The position numbers and the translations under genes are program-made. The notes under the pieces are model-generated. The model ran no database searches. It was not told the DNA's origin and was given only the letters and a program-made list of their open reading frames with translations. A stretch of DNA of 60,955 nucleotides, counting the filler. It is 4 parts of 4 records of this genome, joined end to end, with 100 filler letters (N's around TTAATTAATTAA, not from the genome) between each part and the next. Parts side by side here need not be neighbours in the genome. Positions count along the whole stretch, not along the records: positions 26,198 to 38,651 come from SRR20825019_2053; positions 38,752 to 53,129 come from SRR20825019_2057; 2 more parts are not named here. One strand, given 5' to 3'. Shown piece by piece: positions 33,326 through 42,565 of the stretch; position 1 is the first letter of the stretch, and every line of letters starts with the position of its first letter.

Positions 33326-34441
33326 ATGGAACAAGTTATAAAAATACTTTCAAAATTAGAAACTGAAGATCAAAAAATAGTAGAATCTTACTTAGACCAA
33401 ATTCACAAAAACAAGAAAAATTATAAAAATTATTCAACTTTGGGTAATTATCTAGCTGTAAAGCAATTTGTTGATACTGCAATAAGTGTTTATTATGAAG
33501 GTATTAATAGTTGTAGAAGTTGCGCTAAGTTATACAGAGAACTAGGTTCATGTTTAAGAAATAATGGAGATCTAAAAGGCGCTTTAATAGCGTATGAAGA
33601 AGGTATTTTTCATTGTCCAGATCATGTTCATCTATATAGTGATTTGGCTTCGTTTCTAACTGCAAATGGAGATGTTAATGCTGCATTTCAGGTATATGAG
33701 CTAGGTATAGATAATTGTTGTTTAAGTATCAAATTACTTAAAGAATATGGTTCAAGTTTATTAAATTCAGGTTATATTGATAGAGCTGTCACTGTATACG
33801 AACATGTTGCAAAAATTAATCCAAGTTATACTAAAATATATATTGAATTGCTTTTAAGTATTATTGATCGTGGAGAAGTTGAGACAGCAAATAGATTTTA
33901 TGAAAGTGCTATGGAGCATTTTCAAGATCATGATTTAATTTATTTAGGGTTTGGTTCTTTTTATAAACAGAAGGGAGATATTAAAAGAGCTATAGAAGTT
34001 CTTGAAGATGGTATTAAAAATTGTACATATAATTGTGAGATATATAGAGAATTAGGCTCATATTTATTTAGTAATTATGAGAGAGATAAAGCTATAAATA
34101 TTTATGAGGAAGGGATAAAAAAATACCCTCAAATACCAAACCTTTATAAGGATTTAGGCGATTCTTTAGGAGTGATTGGTGACTATAATAAGAAATTAGA
34201 AGTTTTTACAAAGGGAGTAATTAAATGTCCTGATAGCCAAGAGCTTAAAATTGATTTAGAAAGTAGCATTAATTATATTACTGGATATATTGATTATTTA
34301 AATAATGAACAATATATTAATATAAGTAATGGTTCATATGAGCAAGCTACAAGATTTTATAATTTTGCATCAGAAATTTATCATGAAACTCATGATACAA
34401 TATCAATAGCTTTAGAGGTACTTGGTAGAAATAATATTTAA
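33326..34441 (+). CDS. tetratricopeptide (TPR/HAT-like) repeat protein
   Basis: About 34-aa periodic 'LYxELGSxL...AIxVYEEGIxxCP' units. ATG 33326 preferred because the TTG start at 33266 is part of a TTGACA -35 box (17-nt spacer, TATTTT at 33289). Confidence 0.8.
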   Translation: MEQVIKILSKLETEDQKIVESYLDQIHKNKKNYKNYSTLGNYLAVKQFVDTAISVYYEGINSCRSCAKLYRELGSCLRNNGDLKGALIAYEEGIFHCPDHVHLYSDLASFLTANGDVNAAFQVYELGIDNCCLSIKLLKEYGSSLLNSGYIDRAVTVYEHVAKINPSYTKIYIELLLSIIDRGEVETANRFYESAMEHFQDHDLIYLGFGSFYKQKGDIKRAIEVLEDGIKNCTYNCEIYRELGSYLFSNYERDKAINIYEEGIKKYPQIPNLYKDLGDSLGVIGDYNKKLEVFTKGVIKCPDSQELKIDLESSINYITGYIDYLNNEQYINISNGSYEQATRFYNFASEIYHETHDTISIALEVLGRNNI

Positions 34442-34581
34442 TTAGATTTCATATATTTTAATATATTTAAGTAATTTTGAAATAATTGCGAAAAATTAGT
34501 ATTTAAGATAAAGCACAAAAAGCAATCCTGTAAAAGATATTTAATATTTTTATATATAAAGTTAAATTACTATTAATATAA

Positions 34582-35262
34582 TTACTTGCACAAACTTATA
34601 ATACCATTATCCATTTTATATGTTTTATCAAACATTTTAGCTATTTGTAGATTGTGAGTTACAACTAAAGCGGATAAAGAATATTTTTTAACCATTTTAA
34701 CAATCATTTCTGCTACATCAATAGAGTTTTTATTGTCAAGATTACCTGTAGGTTCATCAGCAAGAATTAGTTTTGGTTTATTTATTAATGCTCTTGCTAT
34801 AGCAACCCTTTGTTTTTCACCACCAGATAATTCTTCTGGATAATTAAATATTCTAGATTTAAGACCTAGTTCACTTAAAATGTTATCAGCATCTCTCAAG
34901 GATTTTTCATTATTATTACCTCTAATTATAAGAGGCATAGCGACATTTTCTCTTGCATTAAAGTCTTTTAAAAGATGATGATATTGATAAATAAATCCAA
35001 TTTTATTTAATCTAAGTTTATCAATAGCTTTGCTATTCAATGTTTTTAAATTTTGATTTTCAATTTCTATATTTCCTTCATATATTTTATCAAGAGAGCC
35101 AAGTATATGGAGAAATGTTGATTTTCCGCTTCCAGAAGAGCCAAGTATCGAACATATTTCTTTAGATTTTAGCTTAAAATTTATAGAATTTAACACAGAA
35201 ATTATTGATCTTCCTTGAATATAATTCTTATTGAGATTTTTAACATTTAATATTAATGACAT
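34582..35262 (-). CDS. lolD: lipoprotein-releasing ABC transporter ATPase
   Basis: GSSGSGKS, '[10 protein letters not shown]', LSGGE and 'ADEPTGNLD'. Confidence 0.93.
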   Translation of the reverse strand: MSLILNVKNLNKNYIQGRSIISVLNSINFKLKSKEICSILGSSGSGKSTFLHILGSLDKIYEGNIEIENQNLKTLNSKAIDKLRLNKIGFIYQYHHLLKDFNARENVAMPLIIRGNNNEKSLRDADNILSELGLKSRIFNYPEELSGGEKQRVAIARALINKPKLILADEPTGNLDNKNSIDVAEMIVKMVKKYSLSALVVTHNLQIAKMFDKTYKMDNGIISLCK

Positions 35263-35327
35263 TATTATAATATTATATTAATTTTAATTATTCTTATAGT
35301 TTTTATTTTAGTCAATATTTCTATTAA

Positions 35328-36575
35328 TTATTCATTTTTTAAAGCAGTTGATGGATCAATGCTTGAAGCTTTATATGCAGGATATATTGTTGCTATAAAG
35401 CTTAAAGATAAAGAAATAAATGAAACTAAAATTATATCATATATTTGTAATTTAGAAGGCAAATAATACAAAAAATAAATTGCAGGCTCAAAAAGTACTA
35501 TATTCGTAAAACTTTCAAGATATGTTCTAATTGTATCAATGTTTTTTGAAAATAATATTCCAGAAATTACTCCCAAACTAGTTCCTAAAATTCCTGTAAA
35601 TGTTCCGGATATAATAAATATTGTCAAAATAGAATATCTACTAGCGCCCATTGTTCTTAATATTGCAATTTCTCTTGTTTTTTCTTTTACTAGCATAAAT
35701 AAACTTGAAATTATATTAAAGGCAGCAACAATAATTATTAGAGTCAAAACCATAAACATAGCAGAACGTTCAATTTTAAGAGCATTTAAAAGTCCACTAT
35801 GAATTTCATGCCAGCATTTTACAGAAAGTATATTTTTATATCTTTTTTTAATTTCTTTTGAAATCTTATCTACATAATTTTCGTTATTTAAGAATATTTC
35901 GATTAAATTTGGATTATTCTTTGTAGATAAAAGTTTAGATGCAAACTTAAAAGGCATAATTACATTTAAGCTATCATAATCATACATGTTACTTTTATAG
36001 ATAGCTGCAACATTAACATCTTTATGTCTTAATATAGGTCCAAGCATAGATGTTACAAAAGATGGTGTGATTATTTTTAAGCTGCTTTTTGGTCCTATTT
36101 CCAGATTTTTCATTAACTCAATACCAATTAATATATTATCTTCTTGATAAAAGGAGTTTAGATTTCCATATTTTATTTTATTAATAATTTGTTTTAAAGA
36201 TGCAAGATGATCAATAGTAATTCCTTTAAGTATAGCACCTCTTGATTGAGTATCACTATTTAAGAGTATTTGACCTGAAACAACTTTATGAATTGATTGA
36301 ATACCAGAAATTTCTTTAATATCATTTATGATCTCTGAACTATTTTCTATGAAATTAGAATATTTACTAGTTATAATAATATCTCCATTTAGACCCCTAA
36401 TGTTAGAAACAAGTTCGTTTCTAAAACCATTCATAACAGACATTACAATGATTAAGGAAGCAACTCCAAGTAATATACCTAAGACTGAAAAAACAGTAAT
36501 TATTGAAACAAGTTTTTCTCTTTTTCTTGCAATAAAATATCTAAGTGAAACTTTTAAAATGAATTTATTAAACAT
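35328..36575 (-). CDS. lipoprotein-releasing ABC transporter permease LolC/E
   Basis: 'SLIIVMSVMNGF', 'VAAFNIISSL' and 'EIAILRTMGA'. Confidence 0.93.
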   Translation of the reverse strand: MFNKFILKVSLRYFIARKREKLVSIITVFSVLGILLGVASLIIVMSVMNGFRNELVSNIRGLNGDIIITSKYSNFIENSSEIINDIKEISGIQSIHKVVSGQILLNSDTQSRGAILKGITIDHLASLKQIINKIKYGNLNSFYQEDNILIGIELMKNLEIGPKSSLKIITPSFVTSMLGPILRHKDVNVAAIYKSNMYDYDSLNVIMPFKFASKLLSTKNNPNLIEIFLNNENYVDKISKEIKKRYKNILSVKCWHEIHSGLLNALKIERSAMFMVLTLIIIVAAFNIISSLFMLVKEKTREIAILRTMGASRYSILTIFIISGTFTGILGTSLGVISGILFSKNIDTIRTYLESFTNIVLFEPAIYFLYYLPSKLQIYDIILVSFISLSLSFIATIYPAYKASSIDPSTALKNE

Positions 36576-37875
36576 TTTTAGCAAAATAATTTTTAGTTAT
36601 TTCTATTATCTTGCCAAGATTTACAATTTTATTCTCACCAGTAATTCTATTAACAAACTCAATATTACCAGAATTTATATTTCGATTTGAAATTATAATC
36701 TGAATAGGGCTTCCAATTAAATTATTATTAGCAAATTTATTACCTCTACTTGAGTTTGTATCATCAATTAAACACTCAATTGAAGCTTCATTTAAATTTT
36801 TGTAGATATTTTCAGCTATATTAGTACAATTTTCATCTTTAAAATCTAAATTTATAATTGATGCTTTAAAAGGTGCTATTTCTTTAGGCCAAATTATACC
36901 TTTTTCGTCGTGATGAGCTTCTATTATAGCTGCAACTAATCTGGATATTCCAATACCGTATGAGCCCATTTTAGGATAAATTTTATTACCAAGTTTATCT
37001 TGTAATTCTACATTTAAAGACTTTGTATATTTATCACTAAAATTAAATATATGTCCTATCTCTATGCCTTTTGATTTTGTAATATTTTCTTTATTTATTT
37101 TTAAGTTATTCGGATCATGTTTTTCTTCTGCTGATGCATATTTATCTATGAAATATTTATGATCAATAGTTTTGTTATTATCTATGTAATCAAAAATATC
37201 AGTTTGGTAAAAAATATTACTTTCTCCGTTTGATGCTATAACATGGAATTCATGACTAAGATCACCGCCAATAGGACCATTTTCAGCTTTTACTGGGATT
37301 ACTTTAATCCCTAGATTCTTAAATATATTAAGATATATATCAAACATCTTAAAATAAGTATTTCTTGAATCTTCTTCACTCATATCAAAACTATACGCAT
37401 CCTTCATTAAAAATTCTCTACCTCTTAAAGTTCCATATCTAGGTCTTATTTCGTCTCTAAATTTCCAAGTTGACTGGAATAATATTATTGGAAGATTTTT
37501 ATGAGAATAAATATTATTTTTAAATATGTCTGTAACTATTTCTTCAGCAGTAGGTGCAAATAAAATCTCTGTTCCATGCCTATCATTCATTTTAAGCATT
37601 TCTTCTCCATAATCATTATATCTTTCAGATATCTTCCATAAATCAGAAGATTGAATACATGGCATAATTAGCTCCTGGCACCCTGATTTTATTAATGTAT
37701 TTCTTATTATATTCTCTATATTCTTAAGTATTTTGACTCCAAGTGGAAGCCAAGAATATATTCCAGAGCTATGCATGCGTATCATACCAGATCTAAGCAT
37801 TAATCTATGTGAAGGAATAATAGCTTCTTTTGGGTTTTCCTTTAATGTTGGAAGAAAAAATTTTGATAGTCTCAT
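36568..37875 (-). CDS. proS: proline--tRNA ligase (short alphaproteobacterial form)
   Basis: 'SHRLMLRSG', 'KFRDEIRPR', 'REFLMKDAYSF' and 'MGSYGIGISR'. Confidence 0.97.
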   Translation of the reverse strand: MRLSKFFLPTLKENPKEAIIPSHRLMLRSGMIRMHSSGIYSWLPLGVKILKNIENIIRNTLIKSGCQELIMPCIQSSDLWKISERYNDYGEEMLKMNDRHGTEILFAPTAEEIVTDIFKNNIYSHKNLPIILFQSTWKFRDEIRPRYGTLRGREFLMKDAYSFDMSEEDSRNTYFKMFDIYLNIFKNLGIKVIPVKAENGPIGGDLSHEFHVIASNGESNIFYQTDIFDYIDNNKTIDHKYFIDKYASAEEKHDPNNLKINKENITKSKGIEIGHIFNFSDKYTKSLNVELQDKLGNKIYPKMGSYGIGISRLVAAIIEAHHDEKGIIWPKEIAPFKASIINLDFKDENCTNIAENIYKNLNEASIECLIDDTNSSRGNKFANNNLIGSPIQIIISNRNINSGNIEFVNRITGENKIVNLGKIIEITKNYFAKNV

Positions 37876-37958
37876 CTTGTGTTACGTATTTTTATATTAT
37901 AAATTATGTTTAATTTTAATTATTTATTCATTATAGCATAATAAATATATAAATCTAT

Positions 37959-37987
37959 TTGACAGGGTTATTATCTATGTGTATTCT
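37959..37987 (+). promoter_or_regulatory. sigma70 promoter of rpmB-rpmE
   Basis: TTGACA (37959-37964), 17-nt spacer ending in TGTG, TATTCT (37982-37987). Confidence 0.65.
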
Positions 37988-38039
37988 GCTTCGCTATGGT
38001 ATATTAATAACCAAATATAACTAATTTATTGCAATAATT

Positions 38040-38336
38040 ATGACTAGGGTATGCGAGTTAACTGGAGTAAGAACTAGATCTGGAAATAATGTTTCTCACT
38101 CTGTCAGAAGAACTAAAAGAAAATTTGTACCAAATTTGCATAGTTTACGTTTATATAGCGAAGCTCTTGCAAGTAAGTTTAGATTAAGAATTTCAGCTGC
38201 TGCATTAAGAACAGTAGAGAAGTTTGGTGGCCTTGATAAGTATATTACATCATGCTCAAACGATAATTTATCTAAAAATGCTAAAGCTTTAAAATTTAGA
38301 GTACTTAATAAATTAGAAAGAAAAAGTCAGAGTTAG
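38040..38336 (+). CDS. rpmB: 50S ribosomal protein L28
   Basis: 'RVCELTG...GNNVSHS..RTKRKFVPNL'. Confidence 0.96.
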   Translation: MTRVCELTGVRTRSGNNVSHSVRRTKRKFVPNLHSLRLYSEALASKFRLRISAAALRTVEKFGGLDKYITSCSNDNLSKNAKALKFRVLNKLERKSQS

Positions 38337-38345
38337 ATTAGGACT

Positions 38346-38576
38346 ATGAAAAAAGATATTCACCCAAAATATAAAGAATTAAAATTAAAAATCGGTAATG
38401 ACGTTTTTTATACAAGATCTACTTACAAGCAAAATGAGCTTTTAGTAGATATTGATTTCAGGAAACATCCTGCATGGACTAAAAAAGGAATGGGTTCTCT
38501 TAGTGCAACAAGTAAGAATGTTACTTCTTTTAACCAAAAATTTGCAGGACTGGATTTTGGAATTAAAAAATCCTAA
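38346..38576 (+). CDS. rpmE: 50S ribosomal protein L31 (cysteine-free form)
   Basis: 'MKKDIHPKY...DIDFRKHPAWT'. Confidence 0.94.
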   Translation: MKKDIHPKYKELKLKIGNDVFYTRSTYKQNELLVDIDFRKHPAWTKKGMGSLSATSKNVTSFNQKFAGLDFGIKKS

Positions 38577-38612
38577 TATTTAGTATCAATTTAATTTAAT
38601 TTTAATTATTAT

Positions 38613-38651
38613 CGCGGGGTAGAGCAGCCCGGTAGCTCGTCAGGCTCATAA
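38613..38651 (+). tRNA. initiator tRNA-fMet(CAT), 5' half (truncated by the contig end)
   Basis: CGCGGGGTAGAGCAGCCCGGTAGCTCGTCAGGCTCATAA is the typical 5' half of the initiator tRNA. Confidence 0.92.
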
Positions 38652-38751
38652 NNNNNNNNNNNNNNNNNNNNNNNNNNNNNNNNNNNNNNNNNNNNTTAAT
38701 TAATTAANNNNNNNNNNNNNNNNNNNNNNNNNNNNNNNNNNNNNNNNNNNN
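38652..38751. other. artificial contig linker; boundary between Rickettsiales-like and Bacteroidota-like DNA
   Basis: N44-TTAATTAATTAA-N44, with an abrupt change in base composition and gene affinity on either side. Confidence 0.97.
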
Positions 38752-39230
38752 GGAAATTTCATCGCATCCTGAATAAAGAAGATGGGCATGTTGTTTCCCA
38801 CCAAATCCCATGTACCTTCTTGGGTGTAAAATTTTACTGCGAAACCTCTCACGTCCCTGGCCAAATCGGTGGAACCTTTGGAACCGGCCACTGTTGAAAA
38901 CCGAACAAAGACTGGGGTTTTCCTTGTAGTATCGGTAAAAATCCCTGCCTTTGAATATTTTTCGATGCTCTCATAGAGTTCAAAATAGCCGTGGGCACCA
39001 CTACCCCGGGCATGCACAATGCGTTCAGGAATACGTTCGTGGTCAAAATTTGTTATTTTTTCCCTGAGCAAGAAATCTTCCAACAGAGTGGCCCCTCTTT
39101 CTCCAGCCTTTAATGAATTATTGGTATCGTTGACCTTGACCCCTTGTCTTGTGGTCAAAGGTTTATTTGAATAATCAATGGAACTTTTATTCAATTGTTG
39201 TTTCTTTTTCGAATTTTTTTCAGACGTCAT
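38752..39230 (-). CDS. katE: large-subunit catalase HPII, N-terminal part (truncated by the linker)
   Basis: '[15 protein letters not shown]', '[26 protein letters not shown]' and 'DLVGNN'. Confidence 0.93.
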
Positions 39231-39739
39231 GGTTACCTTTTTTAGATTTAAGTAATGAATATAGGTGAGCGTCCAAGCTTAGGGTGATCCAATAAAATAA
39301 AATATTGCCTCATAAATTCATTGCCATCATTTATATCCAAATATGGATGAAACTGGTGAATCAAGTCAATGGCAAAAGTATACGGATAAGCACAGTCGTT
39401 CCGACCCCATGCTTTAAAAATGCCGCTATGGTGTACAATGGAATATTTAGGATAATGGTTATCATTGACATGTTTTTTTTAGTTCCCTTCAAATTTAATC
39501 CACTGTTATTGAAGCAAAGCCACGGAATTGAACCCATGAACTGTGAGACCAATGCAATGTATCTTAATGTGATTCAGATTATCAATCTTTGGATTTGGGC
39601 TGGTACCCTTACTTTTTCGGTGTAATAATTATTGCTTTAACGCTAAGGACAACCTTGGTTTTGGATTACCTTTTTTCCATGATTCCCATTTATCTTTCAA
39701 ATGGCCAATTATGGTGAACACCGTATAAAAAAAAGGAAA

Positions 39740-40768
39740 ATGAAAAAGGATGTATATGATAATATTTTGGATACCGTAGGCAATACGCCACTAATCCAAA
39801 TGAATAGAATGTTTAACAACAGGCATACTCTTTTTATTAAAATGGAAGGACTAAATCCGGGCGGAAGCATGAAGGATAGGACAGCAAGTCTCATTATTTC
39901 TGAAATGCTACGTGCTGATGAAATACGCCACGGGGGCACCATTATAGAAAGCAGTTCCGGAAACATGGCCATTGGTCTGGCCCAGGCATGTCTTTATCAT
40001 GGGCTGAATTTAATCGTTGTGGTCGATATTAATTTAAACCCACACACACGAAAGTTGCTCCGTGCCTATGGAGCTAAAATCGTGACAGTACATGAGCCTC
40101 ATCCCAAGGGTGGTTTTTTGGCCGCAAGATTGGAAACAGTGAACGAATTGTTGACCAGGGTACCCAACTCTGCTTGGACGAACCAATATCAGAACCCGAA
40201 CAATCCCAAGGCTTACCAAAGAACCATGACCGAGATAATGCAAGCCTTGGATAACAATCTGGATTATTTGTTTGTGGCCACAAGCACTTGCGGTAGTCTT
40301 ATGGGATGTATAGATTATGTGAACTCTAAAGAATTAAAGACAAAGATTATAGCTGTGGATGCGGTAGGAAGTGTTCTCTTTGGTGATAAAGTTGGAAAAC
40401 GACTTATTCCAGGACATGGTGCAGGTGTGGCATCTCATTTTTTGGATAGGGACAAGGTATTTGATGTAATCCATGTCAGTGATGCAGAATGTGTACAGGG
40501 GTGCCGAAAACTTTTGCAACAGGAAGCTATCTTGGCAGGAGGATCATCTGGAGGTATTTTCACTGCCTATCAAAAGTACAGGCACAGGTTGCCACAAAAT
40601 TCAAGGTCGGTACTTTTATTCGCGGACAGGGGAGAGCGCTATCTCGATACAATTTACAATCCAGATTGGGTAAAACAACATATTGAAATGGAAAAAGCGA
40701 TCACAAATCCACTACAAGAAAAAAAGATAAATAATAACAAACGACTTTATGAGCATGTCCGCATTTAA
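39740..40768 (+). CDS. SbnA-type PLP-dependent cysteine-synthase-family enzyme (O-phosphoserine beta-replacement)
   Basis: 'NPGGSMKDR' (PLP lysine), 'ESSSGN', 'GGFLAAR', 'NQY', 'ATSTCGSLMG' (instead of the CysK GxGTGG) and 'RLIPG'. Start is ATG 39740 or 39701. Confidence 0.88.
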   Translation: MKKDVYDNILDTVGNTPLIQMNRMFNNRHTLFIKMEGLNPGGSMKDRTASLIISEMLRADEIRHGGTIIESSSGNMAIGLAQACLYHGLNLIVVVDINLNPHTRKLLRAYGAKIVTVHEPHPKGGFLAARLETVNELLTRVPNSAWTNQYQNPNNPKAYQRTMTEIMQALDNNLDYLFVATSTCGSLMGCIDYVNSKELKTKIIAVDAVGSVLFGDKVGKRLIPGHGAGVASHFLDRDKVFDVIHVSDAECVQGCRKLLQQEAILAGGSSGGIFTAYQKYRHRLPQNSRSVLLFADRGERYLDTIYNPDWVKQHIEMEKAITNPLQEKKINNNKRLYEHVRI

Positions 40769-42563
40769 GGTCGCGATTGTAGGTTTGGGGCCAAAAGGTT
40801 TGTTTGCCTTCGAAAGATTATTGTCTCATTTGTACAATTCGGATTTTGCAAAGGAACTGGAGGTGAATCTTTTTGAAAAAACCGGGAATTTTGGGGCGGG
40901 AAAAATCTATGACCCCCTTCAACCGGATTATCTTTTGATGAACTACCCCAACCGAAACATCAATGTTTGGCCTGAAGCCTATACTGCCGAGTTGCCCATT
41001 GATGCACTATCGTTTTCGGAGTGGTTGGCTAAAAGAAAAAATTGTTCCGTTCGGGAAGTTATTGATGAATTTGCGCCTAGAGCATTGGTGGGCACCTATC
41101 TAATGGAGTGTTTTGAAAAGCTAAATGAAATAGGCAATTCCTTTTGTAAGATCAAAAAGCATAAAGCTGCTGTTTTTGATATTTTGTCCATGGGTGAAAA
41201 AACTTGTCTGCTATATCAGGATCCCAAGTCGCAAAACCAGTCTAGGTTAAATGTTGATGAACTCTTGCTTACCACGGGGCATTGCAGTTGGAAAGGAAGG
41301 TTGGAACGCAATCAAAACAATGCGTCGAGAGCTGAAGGTGGCCCCGTTAATATACCTTTTGTTTATCCACTACGGCAGAAAATGTCAGGAATTTCAGAAA
41401 ATTCTATAGTAGGGATCAAAGGATTGGGCCTAACTTTTATCGATACGGTACTAGCCTTGACAGAAGGGAGAGGTGGGCACTTTAGTTCCCAGGAGAATGG
41501 AGCTTTAATGTATCATGCGTCCCAAAAAGGGCCAAAACAAATCATTGCATTCTCCCGAACTGGTCTGCCCATGGTTCCCCGGTCTTCCCACGAGGGCAAA
41601 AAGAAATATAGACCAGTATATTTTACTCACCACAATGTTCATGATCATTTAGATGGTAATGGTAAGCCCAGTTTTGAAGAACATATATGGCCTTTGTTCA
41701 AACTGGAGACAACATACAGGTATTATAAGGTGCTATTTGAAACATACGGTCTAACCATGCATCCGGGAGAAAGTGCCGAAACACTTCAAAAGCAGATAGA
41801 AAAATTCCATAGTAAATTTACAGATGAGCCAAGGTTCAATTTCGCCAATCTTTTCAATCCGGTGGACTTTAGTGATCCAAATACAAAACTTGCACCATTG
41901 GTGTATTTTAAATATGTGCTTGGTCAAGCAGAACTTGGGTCGGAAAAAAGCCCATTTATGGCGGCTGCGATGACTTGGGGGCAGATAGGAGAAACATTTA
42001 ACGATATGTATCGATTCGGTGGAATGACGCCCGATTCACACGAGGTGTTTGATAAAAAATATCGCTCCAAGCTCAACCGTATCTCTTACGGTCCACCGTT
42101 GGAGAATATACAAAAAATGATTGCACTCGTTGATTCAAGCATTTTAAATTTGAATTATTCGGAAAACCCGGAAATTAAAGAAGTTGATAAAGGTTGGAGG
42201 CTAAAGACGCCAAAAATACCGCCAATCACTGTTGATACCATGATTGATGCCCGTATTCCTACCAATGTTTCATGCCAAGATTGGTCTGAATTGCTAACCA
42301 GAATGCGCCAAAGAGGAGAAATCCGTGAGTTTTTAATAGGGGATAAGCACACCACTTATCGAACGGCTTGCCCGGAGATTGACCATAAAGGAAATGTTGT
42401 TGCTCAAAATGGTGGTGCCAATCCAAGGATTACGTTATATGGAACTTTGACAGAAGGGATTACCTACGACAACGATTCGCTTTCCCGCTACCGAAATAAT
42501 ATGGCTTCGAGCTGGGCAAAGGGAATCACGGAGCGTAATGTTAAATTAGTGCTGAAAGCATAA
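40749..42563 (+). CDS. FAD/NAD(P)-binding flavoprotein resembling CreE/FzmM amino-acid N-monooxygenases
   Basis: 'IVGLGPKGLFAFERL', 'GAGKIY..LQPDYLLMN', second Rossmann 'KGLGLTFID', 'LTEGRGGHF', 'SRTGLP' and 'YGPP'. Confidence 0.75.
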   Translation: MSMSAFKVAIVGLGPKGLFAFERLLSHLYNSDFAKELEVNLFEKTGNFGAGKIYDPLQPDYLLMNYPNRNINVWPEAYTAELPIDALSFSEWLAKRKNCSVREVIDEFAPRALVGTYLMECFEKLNEIGNSFCKIKKHKAAVFDILSMGEKTCLLYQDPKSQNQSRLNVDELLLTTGHCSWKGRLERNQNNASRAEGGPVNIPFVYPLRQKMSGISENSIVGIKGLGLTFIDTVLALTEGRGGHFSSQENGALMYHASQKGPKQIIAFSRTGLPMVPRSSHEGKKKYRPVYFTHHNVHDHLDGNGKPSFEEHIWPLFKLETTYRYYKVLFETYGLTMHPGESAETLQKQIEKFHSKFTDEPRFNFANLFNPVDFSDPNTKLAPLVYFKYVLGQAELGSEKSPFMAAAMTWGQIGETFNDMYRFGGMTPDSHEVFDKKYRSKLNRISYGPPLENIQKMIALVDSSILNLNYSENPEIKEVDKGWRLKTPKIPPITVDTMIDARIPTNVSCQDWSELLTRMRQRGEIREFLIGDKHTTYRTACPEIDHKGNVVAQNGGANPRITLYGTLTEGITYDNDSLSRYRNNMASSWAKGITERNVKLVLKA

Positions 42564-42565
42564 TT

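Noticed and set aside
39305-39625. ORFs 39305-39625 (+) and 39361-39552 (-) as a precursor peptide or regulator of the cassette
   Set aside because: They have weak starts, overlap each other on opposite strands and show no recognisable motif. This is more likely the divergent promoter region, though a small gene cannot be excluded.
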